Virus record (IMG/VR): IMGVR_UViG_3300036861_000806
Coordinates: 1-64,000 of that record
Origin: a virus
DNA: 64,000 nucleotides
Reading direction: 5' to 3' (one strand)
Shown here: in pieces, positions 29,162-38,787 of the stretch
Numbering within the stretch: the first letter of the stretch is position 1
Layout: every line of letters begins with the position of its first letter
Made by a program: the position numbers and the translations under genes
The notes under the pieces: generated by a model
The model's input: only the letters and a program-made list of their open reading frames with translations
Database searches by the model: none
What the model was told of the DNA's origin: nothing

Positions 29162-30427
29162 TTACACCGAGCCCGGCTGCCATTTGACCTGCGTGAGGAC
29201 TGCGATGGCCTTGTCATATCGCAGCCCGAAATCGTGTTCGGCGATGGCGCGGACCACCGTTTGATCGCGATCGAAGGCAGAGACGACCGCGCCCCCTTCG
29301 GTATAGGACGCCTCGGCCGAGGTGTCGATGACCAGATTCATCGACTCGCCGATGACCGCCTGCGAGAAGTCGGCGAGGTAGATCTCCGATTCGTTGTTGT
29401 TCCCGGCGAGGGAGGCATCGAGGTTCGTCGGGATATTCGTGGTCACCCCGTACGGGAACCCCCAGAGCCGCCCGCCCGCCATCTCCTCGCGGAACACCGG
29501 GTAGCCGTTAGCGTTCAGGAGCGTCATCAGGTAGGTCTGCACGCGCGGCGCCATGATCCAGCCCGGGGCGATCATCGGGATGTTGGCCTCGAGGAGCTTC
29601 TGCCAGAGCTTGCCGAGATCCGTGAACGTGTTCTGCACCGACGCGGTGCCGTTCGCGGCGATGATGTTGTCCGGGTGCGCCCAGTAGCGCAGGCCCTTGG
29701 GCGTCGAATCGGTCCCCGTGTCGCGGATGAACCCCTGATCCTCGCGCACGCGCATCGCGTTGACGGTGTCGTCGCGCACGATCGTGTCAGCACCCGGCGA
29801 GGCATAGCGGATCAGATCGTTCGAGATGGGGACGAGGGTGACGAGCTTCTTGAACGTCAGGGTGAGCTGGCCGGTCGTCGGCTCCGACTTCGTCGCCGCC
29901 GTGTTCTCGCCGATGTAATACGCAGTCGCCCCGCCCGTCAGCTTCGGGATCTTGATGGTGCCCGTCGGGACCGGCATGGTCCGCGCGTTCAGACTCCGGA
30001 CGACGGCGCGGGCGCGGAGGAACTCGATCACGTCCTGGCTAAACTGGGTCGGGACCAGGAACCCGCCGGCCGTCGCGTCGCCGGCCGCGAGCGCCTTCTG
30101 CCGCGCGTCGGCCCACTTCTCGGCGAGGTCGACCTTGCCCCAGGTCTTGAGAATCTCGATGGCACCGTCTGGGCCAGTCCCCCGGAACTTCGCGGCGGCC
30201 GTCGCCCGGATGCAGCACGCGAAGTCGAGCCCTTTGTCCTCGGGGCGAACAACCGGCTGCGCATGGCCGTTGCCACCGCTCGCCGAGAGCACGCGGAAGA
30301 AATCCCCCGTCTGCGCCTGCGCGGCCTTGAGCGGGACAAGCTCGCGCTCGCCGAACTCGCGGACGGCGTCGGTGACGAGCGGTCCGCACGTATCTCGAAT
30401 GATCTTCGCCAGTTCCTCTCTCGTCAT
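29162..30427 (-). CDS. Major capsid protein, HK97 fold
   Basis: AGGFLVPTQFSQDVIEFLR, AYYIGE, KKL..LVPISNDL, PKGL, AFDRDQTVVRAI..HD motifs. Confidence 0.95.
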   Translation of the reverse strand: MTREELAKIIRDTCGPLVTDAVREFGERELVPLKAAQAQTGDFFRVLSASGGNGHAQPVVRPEDKGLDFACCIRATAAAKFRGTGPDGAIEILKTWGKVDLAEKWADARQKALAAGDATAGGFLVPTQFSQDVIEFLRARAVVRSLNARTMPVPTGTIKIPKLTGGATAYYIGENTAATKSEPTTGQLTLTFKKLVTLVPISNDLIRYASPGADTIVRDDTVNAMRVREDQGFIRDTGTDSTPKGLRYWAHPDNIIAANGTASVQNTFTDLGKLWQKLLEANIPMIAPGWIMAPRVQTYLMTLLNANGYPVFREEMAGGRLWGFPYGVTTNIPTNLDASLAGNNNESEIYLADFSQAVIGESMNLVIDTSAEASYTEGGAVVSAFDRDQTVVRAIAEHDFGLRYDKAIAVLTQVKWQPGSV

Positions 30428-30467
30428 TACCTGGTTCCTCCTCGCAGAATCGACACCGTCAGAATCG

Positions 30468-32066
30468 TTAGTCCACGCGTCCGCGGGCGAGCGCGAGCTC
30501 GCGCGTGAGGCCAGCCAGAACCTGCCCGCGCAGGCCCGTCGCGATCTCAGTCATGACGCCACGTATGTCGGCGGCCGTCAGGCCGCTTAGGGCGTCGTCG
30601 GGGTCGTGATAGGGAATTGCCGCCAGGTCGAACTCAACCTCGGCGTCGAAGCCGTCCAGATCGATCGCGCCGTCGTTCGCGCTGATCGCCTTCGCCACCG
30701 AGAGACTAGCCAGCGCCGCATCCACGGCGTCGCCGCCCGACGCGGCCTCGAACGAACCGTCGTGACTCCCGCAATGGCTCCGCGCGGCGGCAGCGGTCCA
30801 GTCATCCTTCGGGTACCGATACGCCTGCTCCTCCCACGCACCGCCGCTCTTCGGATGGCCGAAGATAATCGAGTAGGTCTTGCCCTCGTGCTCGCGCGTC
30901 CCCCGGCGAAAGCGGTCATAACCATCTGGCGAGTGGAGTCGGCAGCTATGCTCATTGGGGAACGGTTTCGCGATATCCTCGGCACCCTTGCCGCCATCTG
31001 ACATTGGGCAGTCCGCCCCCTTCGGGCACTCTGAGGCGTCGCCCTTTGGGCAGTCGGCACCCATCGGACACTCGTCCATCGCTCCCGTCTCACCGGTAGC
31101 CTCCGGAGCGGCCTCGACCTGGGCGACGACCTCGCGGATCTTTGCGTCGGCCGCCTGCGCCGCATCGGCGGCCTCGCGGAGGCGACGCTCGTTCACGCCG
31201 GAGAGGACACGGCCGCGCTTGGTCATCGCGGCCTTGATGTCGTCGACATCGAACGGAGGCGAGAAGGATATGGTCTGGCCCGGAGAGGAAAACGATGTCC
31301 CGGTGCTCAGCGGCGCCCAGCCAGCCCAGAGCTTGCGCACCGCCTCGGCCGTGCCCTCGACCCGGACTTCGGGGAGGATGACCTCGCCGATCCCGAGCCG
31401 GACCGTGCGCTCGGGGGCGCCGAGCCGATCAAGCACTTTCGCAGCCCACTCGCGGAGGGGCCCGATATCGACGCCCGCTGACCGCGCCTCGACGAGGCAC
31501 TCCGCATTGGCAGGAATCGGCACCACACTGAATTCGAGGAGGGATTGCTCGAGGAAATCTACGCCGCGCCGTTCCTCGTTGTAGGCCATCTTCATCGGCT
31601 GGAAGCCGACCGACACGCCGGAAAGAAACCCCGCGCTCATCATGTCGAGGATCGTGTCGGCCATCGGGTTCATCCCGGCCGGTGTGAAGTCGATCCGCGC
31701 TTTGAGCCGCGCATCCTCGGCCCGAACGTTCACTCCACGACCGATTGGCAACGAACGGTAATCGTGGAATGCGAGCACGACTGGATTGCGCCGGTATTCT
31801 TCAAGCCGCCATCCGGCCACGGTGATCTGATCGCGCTCGCGGTCGGTCGTCTCCGTGGAGATGACGACCGGGACAGACCGCTCAGGATCGCCGGCAGCCT
31901 TGGCCGGGAGTTCAGCCGTGTAGGCGGCTCGGACGATCAGGCGGTCGGGGCTGGCATTTAGTGCATCGGCGGTGGCGACGAGGGGGTCGGCGGACTTGAC
32001 GCTACGGGCGGCGGCGGCGCGGTACTCCTCCGCCGTGACGATCATGCGCTGGCTCATCCGCTCCAC
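30468..32066 (-). CDS. HK97-type prohead protease with C-terminal extensions
   Basis: ISTE..DR, NPVVLAFHDY..LPIG, GVSVGF, LLEFSVVPIPAN. Confidence 0.9.
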   Translation of the reverse strand: MERMSQRMIVTAEEYRAAAARSVKSADPLVATADALNASPDRLIVRAAYTAELPAKAAGDPERSVPVVISTETTDRERDQITVAGWRLEEYRRNPVVLAFHDYRSLPIGRGVNVRAEDARLKARIDFTPAGMNPMADTILDMMSAGFLSGVSVGFQPMKMAYNEERRGVDFLEQSLLEFSVVPIPANAECLVEARSAGVDIGPLREWAAKVLDRLGAPERTVRLGIGEVILPEVRVEGTAEAVRKLWAGWAPLSTGTSFSSPGQTISFSPPFDVDDIKAAMTKRGRVLSGVNERRLREAADAAQAADAKIREVVAQVEAAPEATGETGAMDECPMGADCPKGDASECPKGADCPMSDGGKGAEDIAKPFPNEHSCRLHSPDGYDRFRRGTREHEGKTYSIIFGHPKSGGAWEEQAYRYPKDDWTAAAARSHCGSHDGSFEAASGGDAVDAALASLSVAKAISANDGAIDLDGFDAEVEFDLAAIPYHDPDDALSGLTAADIRGVMTEIATGLRGQVLAGLTRELALARGRVD

Positions 32067-32595
32067 CTCGGGCGTCGGGAGAGGCGAGGACGCCTCCGAG
32101 CGGTTCAGGGACCCGCCCGTGACCCTCGCCCCTCCACGCCCTGTGGAGCGAACCAGCGGTGCTACGTACTACGGTTGCGGACTATACCTCAAAGCCGGCA
32201 ATGCGCCGGGAAGCGGTATATAGTAACTAGCTCATCGGCACGATTCCACCCGCAACTGCGGCTCCACCACCACCGACCTCGGCACCCCATCGGCCCGGAG
32301 ATTGACCGTGATCTTGACCGAGGTGAGCGAGGCGTCGCCGAGGACAGCAGCGAAGCGTTCAAGCTTTTCGGCGACTGCCTGCTTAAGGAGGCAGACGCGG
32401 ACGGACTCGACGGGGGTCACGCCGGAAGGCCCAGCGCCATGGCGATCCGCTTTCTCAGGCGAGCGCGTCTCGGCGAACGCCGGCAACGGGCGCAGATCGG
32501 CCAGCAGTAGTGCGTCACGGTTTTTGAACGCGTGAAGCTCACGTGGCAGCTCTCTGCGGTTGACCCGTTATCCGCAGCAATTGCAATCTTACCCT

Positions 32596-33336
32596 TCACG
32601 GACTCGCCAGCTCCTTCCCCTCGCGCTTCCGCGTCTCACCGAGCACCCAGCGCAGATCATCGAGCCTCGCGTTCACCTCGTCGCGCTCCTCCGCGTAGTG
32701 ATACCCATACAGGTAGGGTCGGCGCGCGAGCCCCGGTGACCCGAGCGTGAGCTTTACGCCCCGGCCGTCGGCGACACCGATCCAGTATTCGAGGCAGGCG
32801 AGTTCAACTGTCCGTTCACGTGCCGACCCCTCATACAGCTCGACACCCCAGAGACCGATGGCTTCAAAGCCGTCGGCAATGGCGAGGGCTATCTGATACG
32901 AGAACGTCGAAGTAAAATACCGCCGCCCGCCCGTCGCCGCGAGGACGCGCTCAAGCGGGTACTGGACGGCGTTGGCTACTCCGGCGAAGGGGCGGAGTCG
33001 CCCAGGTTCTGGGGCCGTGGGGCGCTCGTCGGGCACGTCCCGCGCGGCCGCGTCGGCGAGGTCGAGCACGTAGCACGGGACGCGGCAGCGCTCCAGCCAC
33101 GCCAGTTCCGCGTCGGATTGAACAGAAAGGGGATGGCACTCCCAGTGTCTCTCATATCGTATCTGCCAGATCTCGTTGAGAGCTTGGAAGCACCAGGTAG
33201 GGTCACTCCATGGGGCATCCTTTCGCCCCAGCCCGGCCCCGATGATCGCGACGCGGCGATGTGAGCACTTAACGATGCCGTCGGCGGCGCTGACGATCGT
33301 CTCCCCGTCTGGATACGCCGCGTCGTGCGAGAGCAT
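32596..33336 (-). CDS. Sialyltransferase/Maf-like protein B (paralog of 26196-27155)
   Basis: RRVAIIG...DAPWSD..W...LN, YFTSTFSYQIALAIADGF..IGLWGVE, CLEYWIG.A..RGV. Confidence 0.55.
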   Translation of the reverse strand: MLSHDAAYPDGETIVSAADGIVKCSHRRVAIIGAGLGRKDAPWSDPTWCFQALNEIWQIRYERHWECHPLSVQSDAELAWLERCRVPCYVLDLADAAARDVPDERPTAPEPGRLRPFAGVANAVQYPLERVLAATGGRRYFTSTFSYQIALAIADGFEAIGLWGVELYEGSARERTVELACLEYWIGVADGRGVKLTLGSPGLARRPYLYGYHYAEERDEVNARLDDLRWVLGETRKREGKELASP

Positions 33337-33657
33337 CACCGCCGAGCCACCCGCTCGCAGACGCGCCGATGCTCGTCGAGCGCCAGCGCGTTGGCGTCGG
33401 CCAGCGTCGATGCGTCGATGAGGTGCCGGCACGGGCGAGGCGGCGGATAATGTCCCGTCGGCGCCGGCTCTGTCACTTCGCCGAGCGTGCTCGACCATGC
33501 GGAGCGGTCGTTGAAGACTGAGACCACGACTTTCATGGTTTCCTCACTCACGGCGATGCTGATGGTCAGGCATTGCGCCACCCCCGGCACGGGCAGAGCG
33601 TGCACCCGCCGCCGCTGTCGTGAACGAGTGCCGAATGGCCGCAGCGGCAGATCGGGG

Positions 33658-35553
33658 TCACGAGTCGCTCTCCCCAAAGACAAGACCCGTGCTGCACCGA
33701 CAATTGCTTGCGATGATGCCCTCTGCCATAATGAATCCGTCGACCGTCTGGAGATCATACACATGCCCATGCCACGCGTACCGATTGAGCGCGACCACCT
33801 GATCACGCTGTATTCGCGCAGTCTCACCTACGAGGAGATCGCGCGCGAGTTGCATACCAGCATTGCTGTCGTCTACAGTCGGTTGCGCGAGTGGGGATTG
33901 ATTGGCTCGACCCCACGACACGGCGGGTCGTGGCGACGCGATATTGACGAGGCCTCGCTCATTACGCGCTACCACAGCGGGGAATCCGAGAAGGCCGTCG
34001 CGGACTCGCTGGGCATCAGTAGGACTGCGGTACGCGCTCGACTCCTTGCGGCGGGAGTGCGCCCCCGGACCCAAAGCGAATCCGAGACGCTGAAGTGGCT
34101 CGGACTCAAGCGTGATCGGGCCGCCGTCGAGCGCCAGTGCGCCAGCGCGTGGGCGGCGGCCCGCGGACGCGTCCGATCGTTGTCGGAGTTGCGCGCCTCG
34201 GCGCGAAGTCGTGCTCAGCGTCTCTCTCATGTGGGCCGTTACGAAGAGGCGATCCGCATTGCGTTGCATCGTCTCGGCATGGCCGCCACGCCGCAATATC
34301 AAGTTGGCCCCTACAATCTCGACTTGGCATTGCGCCCATCGCGCGTCGCCGTGGAGATCATCACGGCCTATCTCGACGTGGCGAAGTCCGTCTGCCCGAA
34401 GCGCATCCACTACCTGTTCGATCGGAGCTGGGCCGTTCTGATCATCTGGTGCCCAGCGAAACAGACGCCCGTGATACCGGACGCGCTCGCTCAGTACATC
34501 GTCGCCTTCACGCAGGCTGCTCGCAGCGATCCAGCCGCGCGGCGTCAGTATGGGGTGATTCGGTGTGATGGTCAGCCGGTACCCGCGTCGCGTTTCCAGC
34601 GTTACGACGGGACCCGAGTAGACGGCTTTTAATCCTCGGACGGCACGCGCAACGATGTGCGTGTCCGGGATAAAACAATTGGGGTGGAGTGGCGGTCCCG
34701 TGATGGCACGCCCATCCGATGTCCAGGGTTCGTCGAGCCCGACCTCGACACCGTCGAGTTTTTCACAGGAAAATTCGAGTAAATCATCGTCCGTGACGAT
34801 CCATACCCGCCGCGTCTCTTCACGATCAAGAAGCCCTTGATCGGCCGCCGCCTCCCAGAGCCGCTGTTGTCCTTCGTTCGTCACCGCGACCGTTTCCGTG
34901 CGGGCCAGAGTTTCCGCCCTCGCCTTCAGCTGCGCCCCCGCATATCGCTCCGTCCGCCGCGCAACATCCTCCTCACCGACCCCCTGCGCGACGAGCCGCT
35001 CACGGAATCGCTCGACCGCTGTGACCTGTCGCGAATGCAGCCCAATCACCTCGCGGAGCTCCCGCGCGAGCCAGCGGACCGGGCGCCCCTCGGCCTGCGA
35101 CGCGACGACCAGCGAGCGAACGCCCTCACGCGTTGACGCGGAGATCTCCGTCACCAGCGCGCCAGCGTGCTGATTCGCCCACGCCACGGCCGCCGGGTTG
35201 GTCCGCGCGAAGTCAACCGCGAACCCTGGAGTGCCCCGGAGCGCTTCGCGTCCAGCCTCGGCGCCGACGCCTAGGGCCGCGCCGATGACGGGCCGGATCT
35301 TCGCGCGAAGCGCTTCGGGGAGTCGGTCGAGCAGCAGCGCGGCCTCGACGCGCGAGATCTCGCCAGTCTTCAGCGCCGCTTCAAGGGCGTCGAGGTCGAC
35401 TTGACCGTTCAGCGTGGCGATGGCCGAGAGGAAGGCGCGCCGGGCGGCGGGCTCCAAGCGGGCGGCGAGGCGCGTGACGAGGGGGCGGCGGGCTTTGAGG
35501 ACTGACTGGGCGCCGACGGAACGGAGAAACGCGCCGACGAATTGCGGATGCAC
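33658..35553 (-). CDS. Minor head/head morphogenesis protein (Mu gpF/SPP1 gp7-like) containing an intein
   Basis: RAETLARTE, RRVWIVT.D...C..LDG, PPLHPN|intein|CRC. Confidence 0.88.
   Translation of the reverse strand: MHPQFVGAFLRSVGAQSVLKARRPLVTRLAARLEPAARRAFLSAIATLNGQVDLDALEAALKTGEISRVEAALLLDRLPEALRAKIRPVIGAALGVGAEAGREALRGTPGFAVDFARTNPAAVAWANQHAGALVTEISASTREGVRSLVVASQAEGRPVRWLARELREVIGLHSRQVTAVERFRERLVAQGVGEEDVARRTERYAGAQLKARAETLARTETVAVTNEGQQRLWEAAADQGLLDREETRRVWIVTDDDLLEFSCEKLDGVEVGLDEPWTSDGRAITGPPLHPNCFIPDTHIVARAVRGLKAVYSGPVVTLETRRGYRLTITPNHPILTPRGWIAASSLREGDDVLSERVRYHGRLFRWAPDDQNGPAPIEQVVDALRADGLRHVEIGRDDLHGDARWAQCQVEIVGANLILRRGGHAETMQRNADRLFVTAHMRETLSTTSRRGAQLRQRSDASAGRRPRAGALALDGGPITLESEPLQRLGFALGPGAHSRRKESSAYRSPTDAQRVRDGLLGFPAVVARNERGLVNIASPRPAVSWGRANQSPLAQPTVDDSNAGMQLARDLLVGETARIQRDQVVALNRYAWHGHVYDLQTVDGFIMAEGIIASNCRCSTGLVFGESDS
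33703..34677 (-). mobile_element. Intein (325 aa) in the minor head protein
   Basis: Begins CFIPDTHI; block B LTITPNHPILT; ends HVYDLQT...GIIASN followed by Cys; interrupts the conserved HPNCRC motif. Confidence 0.88.
33766..34632 (+). CDS. HTH-repeat plus Vsr/DUF559-like endonuclease encoded antisense within the intein
   Basis: Two HTH units (LYSRSLTYEEIARELHTS; YHSGESEKAVADSLGIS), then YE..I...L, PQYQVGPYNLDLAL...VAVEI, W.VLIIW. Confidence 0.75.
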   Translation, partial: PMPRVPIERDHLITLYSRSLTYEEIARELHTSIAVVYSRLREWGLIGSTPRHGGSWRRDIDEASLITRYHSGESEKAVADSLGISRTAVRARLLAAGVRPRTQSESETLKWLGLKRDRAAVERQCASAWAAARGRVRSLSELRASARSRAQRLSHVGRYEEAIRIALHRLGMAATPQYQVGPYNLDLALRPSRVAVEIITAYLDVAKSVCPKRIHYLFDRSWAVLIIWCPAKQTPVIPDALAQYIVAFTQAARSDPAARRQYGVIRCDGQPVPASRFQRYDGTRVDGF

Positions 35554-35558
35554 AGAGG

Positions 35559-37079
35559 TCAGCGACGAACCCTCCGGCGCTTCCGTCCGCGTGCGCCGAG
35601 TCGGCGGAGCACGGCGCGTTCCGCCTCATCCATGTCCTCGTCCTCGTCTTCATCCTCGTCGTCCTGATCCATCGGCGCGACGGGCGACGGACTCGTGGGC
35701 GGTGCGGACAGATCGCCGAAGTCATCAGCCTCGGCAAGCTCCGGCTCGAACGACATCGCGGGACCGACGGGGAACAGCTCGCCGCCAGCCTCCGGGCCCA
35801 GCGGATCGAGTCCCTGCGCGGCGCGCCATTCGTCCATCCGGCGCGACCATGGGGCGGCTGTCGCCATCGCCTTGACAAAGTCCTTATCGGTCACGTCGTC
35901 GAAGGCGTAATCGACGATCAGACGCTCATCGAACTCAGGCGCGATTCGCTCCTGGAGCGTGGCTCGGAATGATTCCAATTCTGGCTGAAGCACCCAGTTC
36001 GCGAACAGTGTTTCACTCGCGTCTATGGTGGCGCGATTCGACGATTCAATCACGCCTAATAGCTCGGGCGGAACTCCGGCAACCTGGAAGACGGTGTCGC
36101 GTGAGAACCTACGAAGCGCCTCCATCTGGAGATTGCGGAAATTCGGATCCTTGAATTCCTCAATCCCTAGCTCCGTCTTGCTGAACCTCGCTCGGAAACT
36201 CCTCCAGAATCCTTCGTGGTTACGGCGCCAGTCCTGCTCAAGCTGTCGTACCTGCGGGTCGGTCCACGTCTGTCCGTTCTTCGGGAAGACGACGAAGTCA
36301 GGGCGGGCGCCGTTTAGGAATACTTGACGTTGGGTCGAGGCCGCATACTGATCCGTCTCGATTTCATCGGCGAGCGCTCGCGCCAAGCCGGTGCCCCGGC
36401 CATAGGGGTTTTCCAGATTCGGTTTCACGAACCACGTGATCTCGGTCTCAGGGATTGCGCCCTGCCAGCCTCGGAATGAGACGAAGAACGTCCGGGATGA
36501 CGGCGTTGGAGTCGCACGGATCCAATGCGGGGGGATCGGATAGACGGCGATAGGAACGCCGAGGGCGTTTCGCTCCTTCACCCAGAACGCCTCGCCCTCC
36601 ACGTAGCGGAGCGCAAACATCACGCGCCGCACGTCGAGCCCGGTCAGCACCGTGTTGCCGCCAGACATCAGGTCGAGGAACGGATGTTCGGTCAGCTCTT
36701 CAAGCTGTCCCGCCGCCTTGAGACGGGCGAGGGCAATGCGCCGACGTGCAAATGGCGCCGATTGGAGCATCTTGACCCGCACGGCTGCTCGGCGTCCATC
36801 AGAGAGCGAGCGCCCGGTGCGGACGACCTTAGCCTGCCACTCAATGGGAGCCAGGGCTGAGGCGACCTTGTCGGCGACGGCATGAAGCCAGGGGGCATCC
36901 GCGTAGGCGGCGATCCGCTCGCGGGCCCCGCGGGTGGGGGCGGCGCCGATCGCGCCGGGCCATATTCCACTCAAAAGTCCAAAGGCTTGCTGGCTGGAGC
37001 GGTCGTCGAAGATCCCAACGGCAGCGCGCACAGCGATGTTAAGACGCTGGCGGAACGTCGGGGTCATACATGTCTCCAC
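35559..37079 (-). CDS. Portal protein (HK97-like)
   Basis: HPFLDL, GEAFWVKERN, NPYGRG, FLNGARP, GVPPELLGVIESSNRAT. Confidence 0.92.
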   Translation of the reverse strand: METCMTPTFRQRLNIAVRAAVGIFDDRSSQQAFGLLSGIWPGAIGAAPTRGARERIAAYADAPWLHAVADKVASALAPIEWQAKVVRTGRSLSDGRRAAVRVKMLQSAPFARRRIALARLKAAGQLEELTEHPFLDLMSGGNTVLTGLDVRRVMFALRYVEGEAFWVKERNALGVPIAVYPIPPHWIRATPTPSSRTFFVSFRGWQGAIPETEITWFVKPNLENPYGRGTGLARALADEIETDQYAASTQRQVFLNGARPDFVVFPKNGQTWTDPQVRQLEQDWRRNHEGFWRSFRARFSKTELGIEEFKDPNFRNLQMEALRRFSRDTVFQVAGVPPELLGVIESSNRATIDASETLFANWVLQPELESFRATLQERIAPEFDERLIVDYAFDDVTDKDFVKAMATAAPWSRRMDEWRAAQGLDPLGPEAGGELFPVGPAMSFEPELAEADDFGDLSAPPTSPSPVAPMDQDDEDEDEDEDMDEAERAVLRRLGARGRKRRRVRR

Positions 37080-37265
37080 GCGACTCCGGTCGCAATGAGA
37101 GCAATATTTTGAACTGTTACGCCGAATTCTTCTGCCAGCTCTCTGCGCGGCGTAGTCGCGACGCGTCGTTTGAGTGTGCTCAGGGTCGAGTCTCCCGTCT
37201 CATGATAGCGGGGCGACCGTTGATCGCTGGCTCAGGCTATAGAGTTTGGGGCGCGCCATCTGTCG

Positions 37266-37691
37266 TCACGGGTCCGCCTCGGGCGGCAAGCCGAAGAATC
37301 CGGGCTCGATGGCGTCTGGCGCGACGAGAAGAGCATTGCCGTTCCACTCGCCCGGTATCCAGGGCGATGCCCGGCGCAGATCCGAGAATCGTCCTTCACC
37401 GGCCAGCTCCACGACACGCGAGACCTTCGCTGCCCAGCCGTCTGCGCGCCATCGAAGGGACTGTACGGCGAGCGCCCGCACGTGGGGATCATGGCCGTTT
37501 TGAGCGGCGGCGAGGATTTCGATGCCGATGCCGCCCGCGTCTGGCGTTGGCAACGGGACGTTCGTCACGATTCGGTCACCAACTTCGCCGGCCTGTGGCG
37601 CTGTTCGGCCGTGGTATACGGCGGAGGTTCGTCCTTCATTGGCCACGATTCGAACAAGGTCTGGAACCGCGCGGACCCGCACGGCGCTCAT
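37266..37691 (-). CDS. Hypothetical protein
   Basis: 141-aa ORF coupled to the upstream gene. Confidence 0.5.
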   Translation of the reverse strand: MSAVRVRAVPDLVRIVANEGRTSAVYHGRTAPQAGEVGDRIVTNVPLPTPDAGGIGIEILAAAQNGHDPHVRALAVQSLRWRADGWAAKVSRVVELAGEGRFSDLRRASPWIPGEWNGNALLVAPDAIEPGFFGLPPEADP

Positions 37692-38113
37692 AGCGGCAGC
37701 TCCGAGCCGTGAAGTAGGTCGACTAGGAGTTGGAGGTCTGCACCGAGATACGTTCGCGGCAGCGTGTGCAGACGCCCGCGCCGGATGGCCTGCTCGTAGG
37801 TGAGGCCCAGGAGCCTGGCCTCATGCGCGATCAGTTCGCGGACTTCCTCGGTGCTCAGCGGGTTCCCCTGCTCCAGCGACCGAGTGAGTGTCGTGGCGAG
37901 TTGGCGCCCGGTTCCGTCCTTCGTCCGTTTCAGCGGCATGCGGCGCTGCACAAGCCGATGCGCCGCCGCAATGATCCCCTCTGGCGTCGCCTTGCACCCC
38001 GCAAGGTTCTTATCGAGTTTCTTACGGAAGTCGCGCCGCTTCGAGAGCCAGACGAAGAATGCCAGGAGCTTGAGCTTCGCCTCGGCTGATCGCTTGCGGC
38101 GCTTCCTCTTCAT
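37688..38113 (-). CDS. Basic hypothetical protein downstream of the RAMP-like gene
   Basis: ATG 38113 with AAGGAGG RBS. Confidence 0.55.
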   Translation of the reverse strand: MKRKRRKRSAEAKLKLLAFFVWLSKRRDFRKKLDKNLAGCKATPEGIIAAAHRLVQRRMPLKRTKDGTGRQLATTLTRSLEQGNPLSTEEVRELIAHEARLLGLTYEQAIRRGRLHTLPRTYLGADLQLLVDLLHGSELPL

Positions 38114-38141
38114 CGATCCTCCTTCATGCCTCGGTGTGGCG

Positions 38142-38762
38142 TTAGCGCTTGGTACCGCTCCGCTTCGGTTTCGGCTCATCGCCGCCGTTTTCTTTCGAGA
38201 CCGACCACTCCGTCACGACGAAGCGCCCATATTCCGGGCGCCACGCGCCGGTGCCAACGAGCATCCCAGCCTGCTCGGTCGCCTGCCGCACGGCCTCAGG
38301 CGGCACGGCATCATCCACGACGACGAGGCGCACGCGCAGCAGCCAGCCCGCTTTGAGTGCGGGCCGACGGATGATCGCCATCTTGCCCTTGGGGCCCGGC
38401 GGCTGACGACCCGGAACCTGATGCAAGTAATCGCGCTCGGCGACCATCTTTCCATTCTCCGTCACAAACCGCCCCGGCTCACGCACAAACAGCACGGCGG
38501 CGAGCCTCTGTCGAAGTGGCTTACGATTGAACTTGAGCCCGGCCGCGCTGGCGCCTTCGAGGATGGTCTTCTTGACGGTCCACTGGGGCCAGTAGAGCCC
38601 CGCGTCGTCAGCGTAGGCTCGCTTCTCAGCCAGCTTCGCCCGCTGTTCGTCGGACATGTCGCCGGAGGACTTGCCGCTTCGAAAGTTGGCCATCTCCTCG
38701 TCGGGCATTCGGTTGAACAGCATATCCGCCAGTCCTTTAAACGTCGCGTCGATCGTGTACAT
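38142..38762 (-). CDS. Stand-alone Cas7/RAMP-superfamily-like RNA-binding protein (206 aa)
   Basis: ATG 38762 with GGAGG RBS; N-terminal strand YTIDATFKGLADMLFNR, LYWPQWTVKKTILEGA (equivalent to IPGSSLKG), C-terminal Gly-rich loop AGMLVGTGAWRPEYGRF. Confidence 0.7.
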   Translation of the reverse strand: MYTIDATFKGLADMLFNRMPDEEMANFRSGKSSGDMSDEQRAKLAEKRAYADDAGLYWPQWTVKKTILEGASAAGLKFNRKPLRQRLAAVLFVREPGRFVTENGKMVAERDYLHQVPGRQPPGPKGKMAIIRRPALKAGWLLRVRLVVVDDAVPPEAVRQATEQAGMLVGTGAWRPEYGRFVVTEWSVSKENGGDEPKPKRSGTKR

Positions 38763-38787
38763 GCTCGCCTCCAGGGATTGAGGGTTC

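Noticed and set aside
30876-30899. Self-target of array unit 3 in the protease gene (7 of 8 gapped dinucleotides match, TREHEGKT)
   Set aside because: The remaining dinucleotides do not match; a partial hit of this size is plausible by chance in GC-rich DNA.
38120-38180. Possible fourth degenerate pentamer unit at the 3' end of the RAMP-like gene
   Set aside because: Only about three AGC triplets are in phase; too weak to call.
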